Shown: positions 10,712-25,016, counted from the first letter of the stretch. The stretch is 64,000 nucleotides of DNA from Kondoa subrosea (GCA_039545335.1 BCIN01000008.1:693528-757527); one strand, 5' to 3'. A program made the numbers and translations. The notes: generated by a model from the letters alone, not told the origin.

Positions 10712-12856
10712 ATGCGTAGAAGCAATGCACCTAAATCCAATGGACACATGACACCTACAGCGCGATTTGATCCTTCCGTCACTGCTGGTGAAACTACCGA
10801 CGACCTACTGTCTCCTGAAGATGAGTTACGGTTCAAGAGGCTACCTGCGATTTCTTCCTTTGGCAAAGTGTGTGCTCCATCTTCAGATCATGAAATGTGG
10901 GACTTAGACAAGAGGAATAGAACGATGATCCGACTGTCTCGTTTTTCTACACTCCGACTAATTTGTCAATCTTTGGGATAGCTATGGTCTCGATTGGTGG
11001 TCTGGCTTATTATACGGATCGTCTGCATCTACCTAGTCAGTCGTTCTCTATGTCCAGCTTGGCGAACCCCTAACGTATTATGTAATACCAAAAGCTCGAC
11101 TAAGATCTCATCTAGGCGTACTGACAGCCGCAGCGAGTTTTCTCGTTTTTTGTGTTCTACAAGTACGGGAGTAAGTCAGCTCCTACACAAGCTTCTTCTT
11201 CTCCTTACATATCATTAGTGGTCCATTCCGGCGACCTCATCCAGCTTTCTGGCGTGTCATCCTAGGTTTAAATATGCTCTACTGGAGTACACTCTGTTTC
11301 TTGCTGTATCAAGATAAACATTACGCCAGACAAGCTTTGAGGTATTTCGATCAGGATCTAGGGAAACCAGTTCATCACAAAGATTTTGGCGAATCCTGTG
11401 AATTCACTTTCCACAACTTCAAGGTAAACTCGTGACTCCATCTGATAGAAAGGCGAAACTTATGCTGATGAGGTAAATATAGAATCAAGCTTTGGAAATC
11501 TTCTCGCTCGCGCACGTTCGTCTTTTGTCTCTGGTGCAGAAAATCGTTTTTAGGTATAAAGTCGCTAGGCTATTGGCTGGTTTGGCAAAGCACTGATACT
11601 ACGAGACTGGTGGCTTAGTAAGGCTTTCCCGTATCGCGAACTGCTGAAGCTGACCTTAACATTCAGTCAATATCTTGTCAATATCTTACGAAGTAGGGTC
11701 CGGTTTTGATTTTTGTAAGGACTACACTGACTATGACTAGCTCATCGAATATTCGTTCGCTCATCAATTACCTGAATTCAAGTGAACTACCTCCTTCTCG
11801 AAACAGAAAGAAGAAGCTGATATGTTGTCTTGTAGTGAATGCTGGTGGGATCACTGGCTCTTGGATGTAGCAGGCTGCAATTTCATCGGTTTGTCACCTG
11901 ATGCATTCTCTCGTGTGAGCTTCTGCTCAAAATATAGTCAACAGGATCCTGGATTGGTATGAAAACATGTAAAGTCCGCTCTTCTTGTCTTCAACTTCTT
12001 CTCAATGCTCATTCGCCACTCTTTCTTAGTGGCTCGAAGTCTCTCACTTCTCTTGGCGAGGTCGAAATCAACATCGGAAAGCTGGCATGAGGGCAACGTC
12101 TTCAGCAGGAAGATTAGCGAGGCAATTCACTCCTTTTGATTTCGCCGACTTCAGTTGGAATTCGGTCAAACGGTTTAGAAACTATGCTTCGACCGTAGTA
12201 CTGCTTGCTGTCTTCTTATTATCCGAGATTGATATCTTCGTAAGCCATTTTTTTCCACAGAAGTGCGATATGCATATACTGATGGGCTTGAATAGTACCT
12301 GAAGCATCTACTTTGGCTGCCGTGAGCACTTCACCTTACACTGTAATTATGGCTGACGAGATAAGACAGGTCGGATCACCCTTTGGTCATTGTTCGATTA
12401 GCTTTTATGTTTTTATGGGCTCTGCCAGCAGTCCGGGAGTACTATGAGTGAGTGATTCAAATCCTCTCCTGCCTGATCCTGATCCTAATCGATCATGATC
12501 TAGATATGTCAATCATAGTAAACAAATCAAGCGCATGGGTCTGCATACTTGGCTATTAGTTGCTACAGTGCGCTAGATATTTTCCTAACTTTGAGAGTCC
12601 GCTCATTGCAGATGGACAGGTTATGCTTGAATTCTTGATTGTCGTGAAATGGTCAGAGGGAGAATTTCCGATACCTGCACCAAGGCAAGTCTTCTTCAGG
12701 TTCGCTATGCGAAAATACTCTGACATCAAGAATAGATACGTCAAAGTCTGTTGGACTATCGTTCTATCTGCTTTAGTAATATACCCCATCGTTAAATTCG
12801 GCATACCAGCAATGCAAGGAAGAAAGAAGAAGAGAGAATCAAGAGCAAATAGATAG
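10712..12856 (+). CDS. Phosphatidylserine synthase, base-exchange (PTDSS1/2, PSS family) type; many small exons
   Basis: DDPTVSFFYTP, GPFRRPHPAFWRVILG, AHQLPEF|ECWWDHWLLDV...CNFIG and FTPFDF are hallmark PTDSS motifs. Confidence 0.9.
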
Positions 12857-13042
12857 CAGCTGATAGACATTATGGAGAGATAAGTAGAAAGCCTTCAGAA
12901 GGTTGTAGCATGAATGTCGTGTATATCCCATGTACGAAGTATTACTCGTTATTGTACAACACCCTATTGAACTTAATCTCTTTCATTGATTTTGATTAGC
13001 CCTTCATTTGACCCTTTTTGAACCCTTTGAAATCGTGGCTCT

Positions 13043-15094
13043 TTAGTTGAGAGACTTTTCATCAGCATCAAAAGCGATCGCGGTGCGCAATTGATGCGAA
13101 TAAGCTTGTGCTCGAACAGAAGCCGAAAGAGGGTTGACTTTGAGCTCTGCCAATGAGTATTGAATCGGTTCTCGGCTGTTGTCACATCAGTCGGATTCTG
13201 CTGTTGGAAGAAACAGCTCACTTTTCGTCTTCATCGATATGAATGATGACTTCCGTCTAACGATCAATGAAGCATCAGTCAATGACTTCAAAGAAAGCGC
13301 AACAAAACTTACCTCGACTGTTATTCCCTCTGAGACTATTTGACCCGTAGGTTGTCTTCTCCGACGAGCAGTCAAGACAGGTTGAGCAGTCCTATAGAGG
13401 ATCAAAGAGCACATCAAGAGTTCCATAGTAGTAGCGAAAACAAAGGAAGAGGAATAGATAAACGAGAGATTCGCTGCTACGGTTAACGCCTGTTCAACAA
13501 AATCAGCATAGCTCATATCGAAGAGAGGAAGACGAACTGAGGTCCTGTCGATTACTACCCAGAGACACTCTGCAATATAGAAGCAAGCCAAAGTGACGAC
13601 CTATTCCGCGGACAATTAGCTGATCAAGTCGATTCCTCCCAGCTATCCAACACTCACAAGAAAAGCTTCAAGGATGAGCAAATAGTATGATTGTTTCACC
13701 ATTGTGTACTCTCTAGAGCTTGAAGCGATCGTATGATCCACTGATCGAGCATAGCCGATCAATTGAGCTCTATTTCGGAAGATCAGCTACCTCTTGTCAC
13801 CATCTCAAAATGATTACTGACCGCAACATCTTTCCGTAGACTATACTCAGAGGTACGAAGATGACAAGCATCAATGCAAGGTAGACAGCGTGCAGCACGA
13901 AGCTGTGCGAGACATAAACCAAAGTGTCTTGCAGTTTTTGCCTGTCGGTAACGATAACCATTAGCTCCACGCCGAGCTTCATAGTCATCATCACGGACGT
14001 GTAAGAAGTAAGATCAGGAATCCATGGTTCCGTTCCAGTCAACAAAATCTTTTGACCAGGCAACCAAGATGCCGCTAAACCGAAAACAATCCTTTGAAAG
14101 TCCAAGAAAACATGATAAGATTTATTCGCTTTGACTGAAGTGATTGCAAAGATGGCTATAGTAGAGAAAAAATGAACAGGATAAAAGAGAAGAGCTGCTG
14201 CGGTGATATAGATTGGGTTGAAGAGGTTTCTTCGAGTATAACCAGCTTTGTTGGAGTGATGTAAGTAGAGTGAGCTTGACATTGCCCATATTTCCGTCCT
14301 ACCGAATCAATGAGACAAGCTTGCTGATCAAAGTATAGGAAATTTACCAAGTCAGAATGATCAGTCTATGCTGCAGGTATCAGTACCAATGCCTAAAGGG
14401 GGGTCATATGACTCACGTTGCCCAAGGTAAACATTGCACGAATATAGCTTAGCACAAATTTCAGGCCTCGTGTAATTCCGATATTGAATGAAGAGCACGC
14501 ACCTGGAGCTGAATTTTTATCGTAACGAAAGGCTTGCATGAGGTAATGTAGAGTAATTATAGAAGTAATGAAAGAAACCAAGCATGCTACGGTAACCAAG
14601 TGCTGTTCATCGGTATGTCAGCCAAAGCTGTAACAAAGGGAGAGCTTGAGATGACTTGCTGATGTGTTTGGTAGCCTGATGTAGCCTGATCCTGTCTTCC
14701 TGTTGATAGTGACCCAACTACCACCTGTGCGCAGAAAGAAACCGCACGTCTAGCTGAATTCCAGCTTGACGAAAGTTCACGTAACTTACCATGCAAGGCT
14801 TTGAGAACCAGCGTCGTCAAACAGCATACTATGCCGACACCGCTTATAGCAACACATGTCAAGGCGACAGGTGGGAAGTAATCTGGACTGCAGAGATAAT
14901 GAGCTTTGTAGGCATCATATAGAATGCGAGACTTGCAAGTGAACTCTGTCCAAAGCATGATCAGCAAGATTCATTGATGTATGAACAACTTACTGTCCCA
15001 CACGCATTATAATCTCGCTGAACACGGGGTACGGGTTGACAGAGTCAGGCAGCTGCGCCAAATCCTGCAAGATAGGTATCAAGATTTCTGCCAT
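13043..15094 (-). CDS. Uncharacterised multi-pass membrane protein (possibly GPCR-like)
   Basis: Several hydrophobic exons joined by canonical introns; hydrophilic C-tail GITVE...EVIIHIDE. Confidence 0.6.
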
Positions 15095-15443
15095 TTTATG
15101 AAAAGTCGTTGGAGCAGAAAGAGAGGCAAAAGACAAGGGGAGAAGGATAGCCGGCATGCCAATAGAAAGAATGCACACTTCGGGCTTCGCAAATTTGTGC
15201 TGAGCAATCACGTAATAAAGAGATTAAAGCTGTTTCGATTTATTAACAAGAACCTGATACATGTGTGCATGTCCGGCAAGCAAGAAACGTATTACGACAG
15301 AGAAGAAGACGGGAAGAAGCAAGGAAGCGAGGCCTAAGGCCACCGTAATCGCGAGTAGTCATATCTTGGAGCGGCACAAGCACTGAGCTGGTCCAAACAT
15401 ACGAAAAGAAGCCTAACAGCTACGAGCGCAGACCACTCCGAGC

Positions 15444-17079
15444 ATGCCTAGGAGCGTCAGAAGTGTGAGAAGCTCGGTTGGAGGAGAGCAAGAAGCAGGA
15501 ATCTCCCTGCCTTTAGATGTTTGGGTCAAAGTACGTATTTCCAGCTTCTCACCATCAGCAGGGCAGCAACAGGCAGCTGACTGTCTGTGAAACAGGTATG
15601 CGAGGCGCTATTTCCAAGTCCGCAGTCCCTATCGTGGACTCGCAAAATAGGGGAACGCGCGCTATCTCCATCCGCAATCTCGAAACAGGCTACTAGAGAA
15701 GCTTACACCAGCCTATGTCTCAATAGGTCACTCAGAGCGTTGGCTCGCGCGTACTTATACGAATTCGTGAGTCCACGTCGGATTACATAAGCGAGACATT
15801 CACCGTGTCTAAACAGGTCGACGCACGCTCATTCAAGGCCTTAAAGGGTTTGATCGCAGCCATGACCAGCGACTACTCTCTTGGAAGACAAATTCATCAT
15901 TTGGAACTCTCTTATCCCAAATTCGCTCAGACTTACCCTACCGAAGCTGGCTATCATGCTCTTCCAACTAATAGGCTTTATGAAAGACAACAGGCAATCT
16001 ATGAACAATGGCAAGCTGATGCTTATTTGGTTACTCGAGTTGCTGGAACTGTCCGGTCTCTGGTCATTGATTTTGGCGATATCCCATCTGGATGTGAAGG
16101 AGCCAAGCTCTTCAAGGCTATCAGGGAATGTTGCACTGGACTTCGTGTTTTGAAGATTCGCAATCCTAGTCCGTTAGCTGGATCAGTGAGTTTTCTGAAC
16201 GATAGGGTTGCACATATGCTGAATAGGCTTCAGGATGGTCTCGGTGAAATGCTAGGCAGTCTAAAGAATCTGCTTGATTTGGAAATCAGTCTTGAGGTCG
16301 ATGGCGCTTGGAGACGAATGTCCCTACCACCTCGCGATACTACGGACAAACCTTTCCGGTTCAGTGATCTCTCAGAAACCGAGTTTCAATTGCCTGCAAA
16401 CTTGCAAAGTAAGACTCTACATTGCTCTAGTTGCTAGCTCACTAAGTTCGTTGATTTAGCTCTGTCATTCAATGATTATCTCGGTCATGTCAACTGGCCT
16501 CTTAGCGCTTCGCTTCTCAATTGCAACAACCTTTCAAGTATTCACTGTTCAGTGCAAGATCCAGATACCTCTTTCCCTGCTCTATCACAATTGCTCGCAT
16601 ATTACTCAGCTCAACTACTCAGTTTCTCCATCAAAGTGTCTTCCGTATCAACAACTGATCAACTCGGTCTACTCTTCAAAGACACTTCTTTCACGTTTTT
16701 GAAGGAACTAGGTCTTTTCAGAGCCAATCTACGTGCTATCGATGAATTATTGACGGAAACTACTTCACAAACATTCCCAAACCTCACTCATTTATGGATC
16801 GATATTCAGAATTGGGCGGAAGTGGAAACTTTGTTGAAGAGATCAGCTTTCTCCAGCGTGAGATACTTGGAAGTTTTGGATCCTGCTGGAAGAGGTAGCA
16901 GCAATGCAGGAAGAACCCTGAAATCTCTGGCTCGACAGGTTGGAGTAGAGTATAAGATGCATTATCAGGATTGCGAGTGCTCTAGTAAGCTTTGCCTTGT
17001 CATTGACCTAGTTTATTGGCTGATAAGGTTTCTGTCAGAATGCTGCGTTGAAGGTGGATTGGCTACTCTCGTTCGCTGA
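15444..17079 (+). CDS. F-box protein with degenerate LRR-like C-terminus
   Basis: SLPLDVWVK|VCEAL...LCLNRSLRALARAYLYE F-box-like segment; LxxLxL repeats (LRVLKI, LLDLEI, LKELGL, LTHLWI). Confidence 0.7.
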
Positions 17080-17387
17080 ATTCAATGCGATGCAAAGAAG
17101 AAGAAGAACGTTCATTATTCATCATCATCATTATCATTCATCAAATCATGCTTGTAAATACCCTTTACTATATCGATCTCTTATACTTTCATGCACGCGG
17201 TCATTTTTATAGAACAGTCATTATTATCAAATACATATATTCTGTACATCTTCTCGTCTGCGCTGCGAGTTCTATCTTGCTCTAGTGCGGATACTTAACT
17301 GTTGATCTGTTTTCGCGAGACGCGTCATAACATTTGCAAATTGCTCACGCTTTTCCCCTTGCTACTTGGGCTTAAACTAGCTGCAAT

Positions 17388-19376
17388 ATGCTCAACACCC
17401 CATTATATATCGCTGGCGAGGATGTCGTGCCCGAAGAAAGCTTTGAAGTTAGAAATCCTTATTCCGGTTCGAAGGACATGTCAAGTTTCCCAAATAGAGC
17501 TCTGACCTGGCTATACAGGCTATGTAGTTGGAAAGGCTGCTGAAGCTACGTATGAGCATGCGGAGAAAGCTATTGACGCTGCCCGAGAAGCTCAACCAGC
17601 TTGTGAGTGAACTCAGAAATCATATCTTACATCGACCTGACACTATACTTTATCGATGAATTACAGGGGAGAAACTACCTCAATCTCAAAAACGAGCTAT
17701 CTTCCTCAAAGCAGCAGATCTGATCTCGACCGACAAATATGCGAACAAAGTCAAAGAATACATGCAACTGGAAACAGAAGCCAGTCCCGTTTGGTGCAAT
17801 GTCAATGTCATGGCCTCTGTCAACTTACTTCGGCAAGCTGCTTCTCAAGCTTCGGAGATCAAGGGAACTTACGTAAGCTTGTCTTTCGGCCAAGAATGTA
17901 GCTTACGATGAGGTGAAATAGATCAAGAGCGAGAAAGCAGACATGTTCCTTGTCACTCGAAGAGCAGCAGGCGTAGTATACGCTGTTGCACCTTGGAAGT
18001 AAGTATTCTTTTGTTGTACTAGCCTCGGAGCTGATCAAAGCCTCTTAGTGCACCTATCAATCTGAGTTTGCGAGCGATAGCAATTCCTCTGATATGTGGC
18101 AATACTGTTGTCCTTAAAGCATCCGAAAATTCGCCTGCAAGTCAACGGATAGTGGTCGATCTTCTAATTGAGGTATGACGAAACACAGCGTTCTTGCTAA
18201 TATCGTGTTGATTCAAGACGTAGGCTGGTCTGCCAAAGGATGTTCTGCATTTCATCACTTTCGGACGAGAACATGCTGCTGAAATCACAAGCAAGATTGT
18301 CGCACATCCAGCTATTCGACGCATCAACTTCACAGGCAGTAAGGCTTGCGCCCAGTTGGTGCGATTGCACATTCTCATCATATGCAGGCGATGTCGTCGG
18401 TCGCAGTATAGCAAATGAAGCAGCAAAACATCTGAAGCAATGCATCTTTGAGCTAGGAGGGAAAGCTCCTGTGATAGTCAGTTCCTGCTTCTCTGTCCTT
18501 GTAAATAATTAACTTATATAGCGAAGGTACTGAATGATGCGGATCTAGAAACAGCGTCGAGTGGAATTGTGCAAGGCGCTTTCTTACATAGCGGTCAAGT
18601 AAGCGTGCAATCTCGTCGTATGACTTGATTTGATGGGCGTACAGATCTGCATGTCTACGGAAAGAGTTATTGCCCAGTCTGGAATTGCCGAGAAGCTTAT
18701 CGAATTGATCACTAAGAAAGCTCAAGGAATCAAATCGGGCGCCATGTCCCAGCACGGGGCCAAATTAGGACCGCTTTTCACGCCAAACGGAGCAAAGAAT
18801 GTCGTCGAGCAACTTCGAGCCGCTCAAGCAGACGGAGCGAAAGTTCATTTGGGAGATTTGCCTGAAGAAGCTGGCGGACCTTTCAAGACCGTCATTCAAC
18901 CTCATGTACTTTCTGGAATTACAAGAGATATGACAATATGGAAGAAAGAAACTTTCGGACCGGTTGTCACTGTGCTCAGCATAGACACCATCGATGAAGC
19001 GGTTGAAGCAGCAAACGATTCGGAATATTCGCTGGTCGCTGCCTTGTGGACCACAAACTTACATTCCGCTACTGAAGTTGCACCAAGGATTCGAGCTGGT
19101 CATGTAACCGTTAATTCGATCAGTATATCGATAGAGCGTAAGTAGCCTATTTAGGAATTTGACGGAAGCTGATCATGTCGCTGTAAAGCATCATTTGGCA
19201 ATGCTGGTCTTGGATCATTATCAGGTTATGGCCGATTCGATATCGCTTCTTTCACGGACGAGCGCAGCATTTCCTTCATGCCTCGTGAGTGCTCTTTATA
19301 TGATGCAATGAAACTGATTCATCAAGTCTATGCTTGACTAGCTGGCGAAAAATTTCCAATGGTAGACGGACACTGA
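17388..19376 (+). CDS. Aldehyde dehydrogenase (salicylaldehyde/vanillin dehydrogenase-like)
   Basis: APWN, GNTVVLKASE, INFTG, FELGGKAP, HSGQ|ICMSTER (catalytic Cys), ETFGPV. Confidence 0.92.
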
Positions 19377-19614
19377 CGAACGATACGGAAAGAGCTATAC
19401 CAGAACGCGCGGATGGGCGTCACGCATGCAATGTACAAGGTAGTATGAAAACCTGTCCTGCACCTGTGTGAATTGACGAGATGGATGTACAGATAATGCG
19501 ACGCAGTCTTCATCGACTATGAAATGACACCTGTCGTCTAAGCAAATGCAACTTGTACTGTACATAGATCTAAAGCCAATCGTGAAATGCTACCAATGCC
19601 TGCCCATAACCCAT

Positions 19615-21767
19615 CTAACCCTGATACTGTGTTTCTGGAGAACCCTGCTGTAGTAAAGTCGGAGTTAATCCTGTGCGAATGTATTTCAGCATCTCCAAAT
19701 GACTGATTTAACAACTCGGCAGAACACGTACCTCCTTGACCAGGTGGAATGCTCATGCTCATATTCCGCATCCGCACATTTTCTGTGCCTGGAGCATCGT
19801 ATCTACTACTATCTTGATTCTGATGTGAACTTGGTTGCCAAGCGGGTATATCCGCAACCTTGTAATTCACCATCATAGGTGGTGGAGCAAAAGCTTGAGG
19901 TAAATTTCTATTAGCACCTCTTGGACTTAATCCGGCTTGAGCTGATCCATAAGGTAAAGGTGTAACGCTAGGTGTAATTTCCATTCCCATACTCATATTC
20001 GGAGAAGAATCAAGTAATCGAGCTTCGTGGGCTGTTGTAGGTAAGAGTAGATTATTGCGTTTCTCCACAACCACTCTTTTGCGTTCTCCTTTCGCCACGT
20101 CGGATTTGGATTGATTGTACATGTAAAGACCAAAGAAGGTGAGAGCCATGCCAAATGCTTGAACGAAGCGGATCGTTTGACCAAACCAAACTATAGCGAG
20201 ACTATACATCTGGTATTAGCAAACCTCTTTCTTTCGCTACTCGTAGTGAGACTTACCATATCACCGCTATCCGCTTAATGAGAGACGCTATCGAATAAGC
20301 GACAGGTGAACTTCTAGCCAGAATAGAAAAGGCAAGTAGGCATTGAGAGAAATGAACTGATCCATTGAGAAGGAAGAGACCAAAAAGTACAGTTCTTGAG
20401 ATTGCATCGGGTGAAAGAGGTTTAGGTGTAAGTAAGACTGGGAAATCGGTGTAGAGCCAGATTGGAATCATAAGTAGGAACGCCATTCCTGACGAGTAGA
20501 GTAGCAGATTGACTTTATCTAATCGACCTGAGGAAGATTGTTGCGAAGACGAGCGAGTCATTGGTGAATTCGTCGGACTGTCTGACGATTCTTTTGGTAG
20601 GAGTTTTTCTGTTAATAAAAAGGCTAAGAACCATAGGCTAACGGTTTAGATATTCTTACGTACTGGAGAAGATGTTTTGCGAAACGAAGATGATCGTCGA
20701 GCCTAATGCGCAGACCAGACCGACTGCATTAGCCCTTAGATCGAAGGAGCAAGCAAGCATGACGCCCGCTGTGAGCGGAACGAGAGAGATATAGGTCGAA
20801 GGGGAATATCGAACGCGAAAGAGAAGAGCGTAGGAAAGGACTGTGAAGAGAGGTGAGAGAGCCTGTGCATAACCAAGAACCTGAATCAGTCTCATGACGA
20901 TAGCAAGCACGTCCGACGCACCTTTATTGTGTGTACTGTGCTAACAGGCACTCTTGCAATAGCCATACTTGAAAAGACGTGTCCAGCGATTTGGAAGAAG
21001 CTCATGACCAATGTTCCATGTAGGGCAGTTTTAGAAGGTCTCTTGATCCCCCAAGCACTCAAACCACTCAACAAATGCCAATCCACTTCACTCATTCTTC
21101 TCCTGTCTTTTCCACTTGACCAATTCCTTTTACTTCCAATATTCCCTGCATTAAGTTCTGACATTTTCTCCCTTATCAAACAAAACACCACACAATAACC
21201 CGCTACGAAGCCGAATTGAATCAGAGTAAGGGTGACAGGGTATCGAAATCGAGCCATGATGGATTTGCCCGTGTTGCTTGATAAAGCTGAAGAAGCGTAC
21301 CATAACGCACATAGACCTGCATACCTTAGAGCAGCTGCGTTTGGTATTATGGACTTCCGTTCTTCTAAGGAAGAGGATAAAGTTGAAGAGGTAGGTAAAT
21401 CGTTTGAAGAGTTTTTGCTGTGTGATAAGAAAGGTTTCGATGGATTCGATAAGAGTGACGAAGATTTGGAGAAGATTGATGAGATTAGAGCGGAAAGGGT
21501 TGTTTGACTTTCATGAGGTGCAAAAGGTTGACCTAACATGGACCCATTCCCTTGACTGTTGCCATACATCGGATTGCCTCCGATATAGCCATTGTTCATG
21601 TGAGGTGATCTATGCGTTGCTCCACCTTGCGATGAAGCTGTTGCAGTTGAATAATAGTAAGACGGCGGAGGCACGTTGGAATAGTTAACCGAAACATCAG
21701 GCGGAGGACTGTCAGGTGCAGTGAGTGTGTTAGGCAGCGCGTAGTTGTATACACTGCCATTAGCCAT
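19615..21767 (-). CDS. Triose-phosphate/nucleotide-sugar transporter family (SLC35E/Sly41-like)
   Basis: LWYASSALSSNTGK, FRYPVTLTLIQF, VPVSTVHTIK|ALSPLFTV, SPVAYSIASLIKRIAVI. Confidence 0.92.
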
Positions 21768-22042
21768 GCTTGTGTTTTGATTTGCAATCGTGGAACTTGT
21801 TGCCAGACTTGTTACTTTGAATTTGGAACAATAGGCAAATACAGCTTATCAAGCTTGTCCAAGCAGGTCTAGCTCAGGATACAGGAATAGATCAGTAGGT
21901 ATACATTTTCAGATTTTGCCGAGGTATAACGAATTCATCGTGGGTCAAAATCAACCTTGCACCGATAAACTTAGTAGCGCGTAATCGGCCATTAGGCCAG
22001 CGGGTTACAGAATACGCTTTCATTGTTTCCCTCTACTGAAGA

Positions 22043-23629
22043 CTACGGCAGTTTGATTGCTTTGGCGTACAGGCTCTGCAAGCAACAAGTCAAATTCGCT
22101 CGGATAACAAAGGGAGAGCGAAGACTCACATCTACTACTTGTCCTACAGTTTTGAGGGTCTCCAGAGTAGTGTCGTAAGTTTTCTGTTTGGATCACCATT
22201 AAGGAAGGGTCTCATAGTAGATTGAAAAACCGAACTCACATCTTCTTCTGGTTCATCGTAAACAATCAAGCAGCCTGCTCCTTGATCCAGAATACCGAAG
22301 AAGACTTTGTCCAAAATCATTTGACTCAATCTGTGCGCCCAACAGCCATAACTTATCAGACTCAATCTGAAATTATAGACGCGTACGCACTTGGCTTCCA
22401 CTTCCGCTACAGGCTGTTTGACCATTTCCGCAACATACGCAATCTCTACATTCGAATAAGGTTCAATAATTCTAACCAAATTCTGTTCCAGTAAAGTGTC
22501 GTATAAAGCAGAAAGATGATTTCGAATAATTGGGTCATCTGAAAGTTCTTCTTTGTAATCTTTGAGAGCGACTTCAAATTCGGCTAAAGATCGATGAGAG
22601 TGGGCTTGAGCTACGGCTTTCATGGCTTGAACATTCCGACCCGAATAACGTTGAGCTAATTTGCTAGCAATGATAGATTCCACATCTTCGCTCTGTTCGT
22701 ATCACAACCATCACATCAGCCTTATGCTGAACGATAGACATGAACACGAACGAGATTGAGCATAATCTTGCACATCAACATGTACTTTAAAGCCGAAACT
22801 GCCCTCTTATCATCCTGAGCTGAATAACCTTCCAAAGTTTCAAAGAAGTAACTGTAACCCGTCTTGTAATCTTTCTCTTCCGCCAACAACACACCGGATT
22901 GCATGTCCATCCCAGCTTGTAAAAGTGGTGGACAGTAAATTGAATTTGCTGCTGTTCGAGCAGAAGTTAAAGCTGCTTTGGCTTTTGGTAAATTTGCCAA
23001 AGCGTGATTGACTCTGGATTCCAGTAAATGAACTTCAGTGAGGATCATCTTGTCATCCAGTCTTCTCAGTTCTTTCAGCAATGTGTTGATTAAAGCTAAT
23101 GATTCGCGGAAAGAGCCCAAATCGAAGTACAGAGCGATTAGACGAGTTTCTAGAGATTGTGCTAGGAAAACTCTGGATGACGAGCGAGCCCATTCAGCAG
23201 CTTCTTTTGTTGCGTTAATTTGTATCTGTTCCGTCTCAAAGTCAGCTAACTCTCTCCCATGCAAGGCTATATAAAAGCAAGACACACCTGCCTGGTATCC
23301 TTGGATGGGATCTCATCGAATGAATCAATCAGAGTCCTGATAAGCTTTGCTGTCTTTGCCTTTGCCAGTGTTTGAGTGAACAAGTTTGTCAAAGCGTCTT
23401 TAAGCAATTGCGACAAGGCTTGAGCATCCTGAAGTTGTTTGCTGTAGATACTAGCAAGCTGTAACAAGGCAGTCTCTTGATCTCGCTGGCGTGAGTCGCT
23501 TTCTGAATTTGATTGCGCTGACGAGTCTACTTTCGCGGAAAGAATAGAAGTGTACAGCTGAATGGCTTGCTGCCAATCTTGTGAAGCCTCTGCTGCTTGA
23601 GCTTGGGCTAGGCTGGATTCGGATGACAT
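22043..23629 (-). CDS. RPN6: 26S proteasome lid subunit Rpn6 (PSMD11)
   Basis: [59 protein letters not shown] domain. Confidence 0.96.
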
Positions 23630-25016
23630 GGTAGAAACGAGATGAAGTCACGAATGTCAAACTCGCGCATTGAAATAACCGTGCCACGCGGGTTACAGAA
23701 AGCTACAAGGTCGAATACAGGCATCGAAACATCTCTAGTAATCTCTGATAGTTTTACGCGAGCTTGGGTAAGTTTGCCTCATTGTTTCGCCAGGTCATAC
23801 ATCTATATGCGCTAATGGATGCGGAAGAAGAAGAAAGCGGACCTCGAAGTCAAGACTTCGATACATCAGCGATCTGATTGACTTCCAGCACGGTGCAGAT
23901 GGGAATGGTCAGACTCTGAAGATCAAGCACTGATTGCAAGATATGATCAGCAGCTCTGCAATAGGCGTTTGAGGACACTCAAGATATTTCACAGATGATG
24001 GATTTACCAAGGGGAGAAAGTGCGATTCCCTAGTGCGATGCGATGTTCCAAACGGATCGGCCAAATTTCAAGATTTTGTGTTTAAGACTCGACCCAGACC
24101 CTAGAGGCGCGCGTAGCTATGGTGGATCCAGCAAGAACTTCGAGTGGTGCCATACCAATCCAGTGACAATCTCCAAGCGCTCTGCACAGTGAGTTGCAAC
24201 AAGAAAATCAAATTGGGTTACAAAAGAGAAGAAAATGCAGAGGCACGGTACTGTTTGAAAGGTCGGATTCTTCTCACATCGCAAATGAGTCGTCGCCAGT
24301 CAAGTCAAATACACTATTCATGGATCGCTACAAGGCTAGAGTCCAAAGTCAGTTGGGGAAATGCGACTTCTGCTAGAGCTTACCTGGAGATCAAGATGAT
24401 ATATCACAGTGCTCTCCAGTCGCATGTTTTCTACCCAAACAGTTTGACCGGTAGTAGTATACGCCAAGAGGGATATATCAACGCCCTGGCAAGCCGCCTT
24501 TGCAGCTGCATTCTTATCTAAGGATAAGCTGCTTGGGCTCAATTGGACCAGTAAGGTTCTCTAGCTGAGTATCATCCGATACATCGCAACCCCATACTGA
24601 ACCGGAAGAGGGCGAAGAGAAACGAAAATATACAAGAGTACCACTCGATCGAGCTTGAGTGCTACGAAAGACTCCTAAGGTCCCACAAATCCGTGGACAT
24701 ATAATATGGGAATGGAGCAACCCAGAAAAAGCATCGGCAAGACATATAATAAGATGTACGAGTAGCAGTTTCTCAAGCGCATCTCATAATACTGCCAAGC
24801 CAGTCAGCGGGCACGGGCGAGCAATAGGCGAGCCATCAGATAGCAGATAATGCGGCCCCTACTTTTTACCCCGACATGAACAGGATGACAACCGAAAGCA
24901 ACAGCGCGGGGTTTCTGCAAAAACAGAATAGCCCTTGCTTTCGAGAGCAGCGTTCATACAAGCAGAGCTCTGCCAACGTCCCAAGTGCCCGTGGAAGCAA
25001 GAAACGCAAGAAGATA

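Noticed and set aside
23700..24870. Short ORFs upstream of the P450
   Set aside because: No recognisable motifs or consistent exon chain; treated as intergenic.
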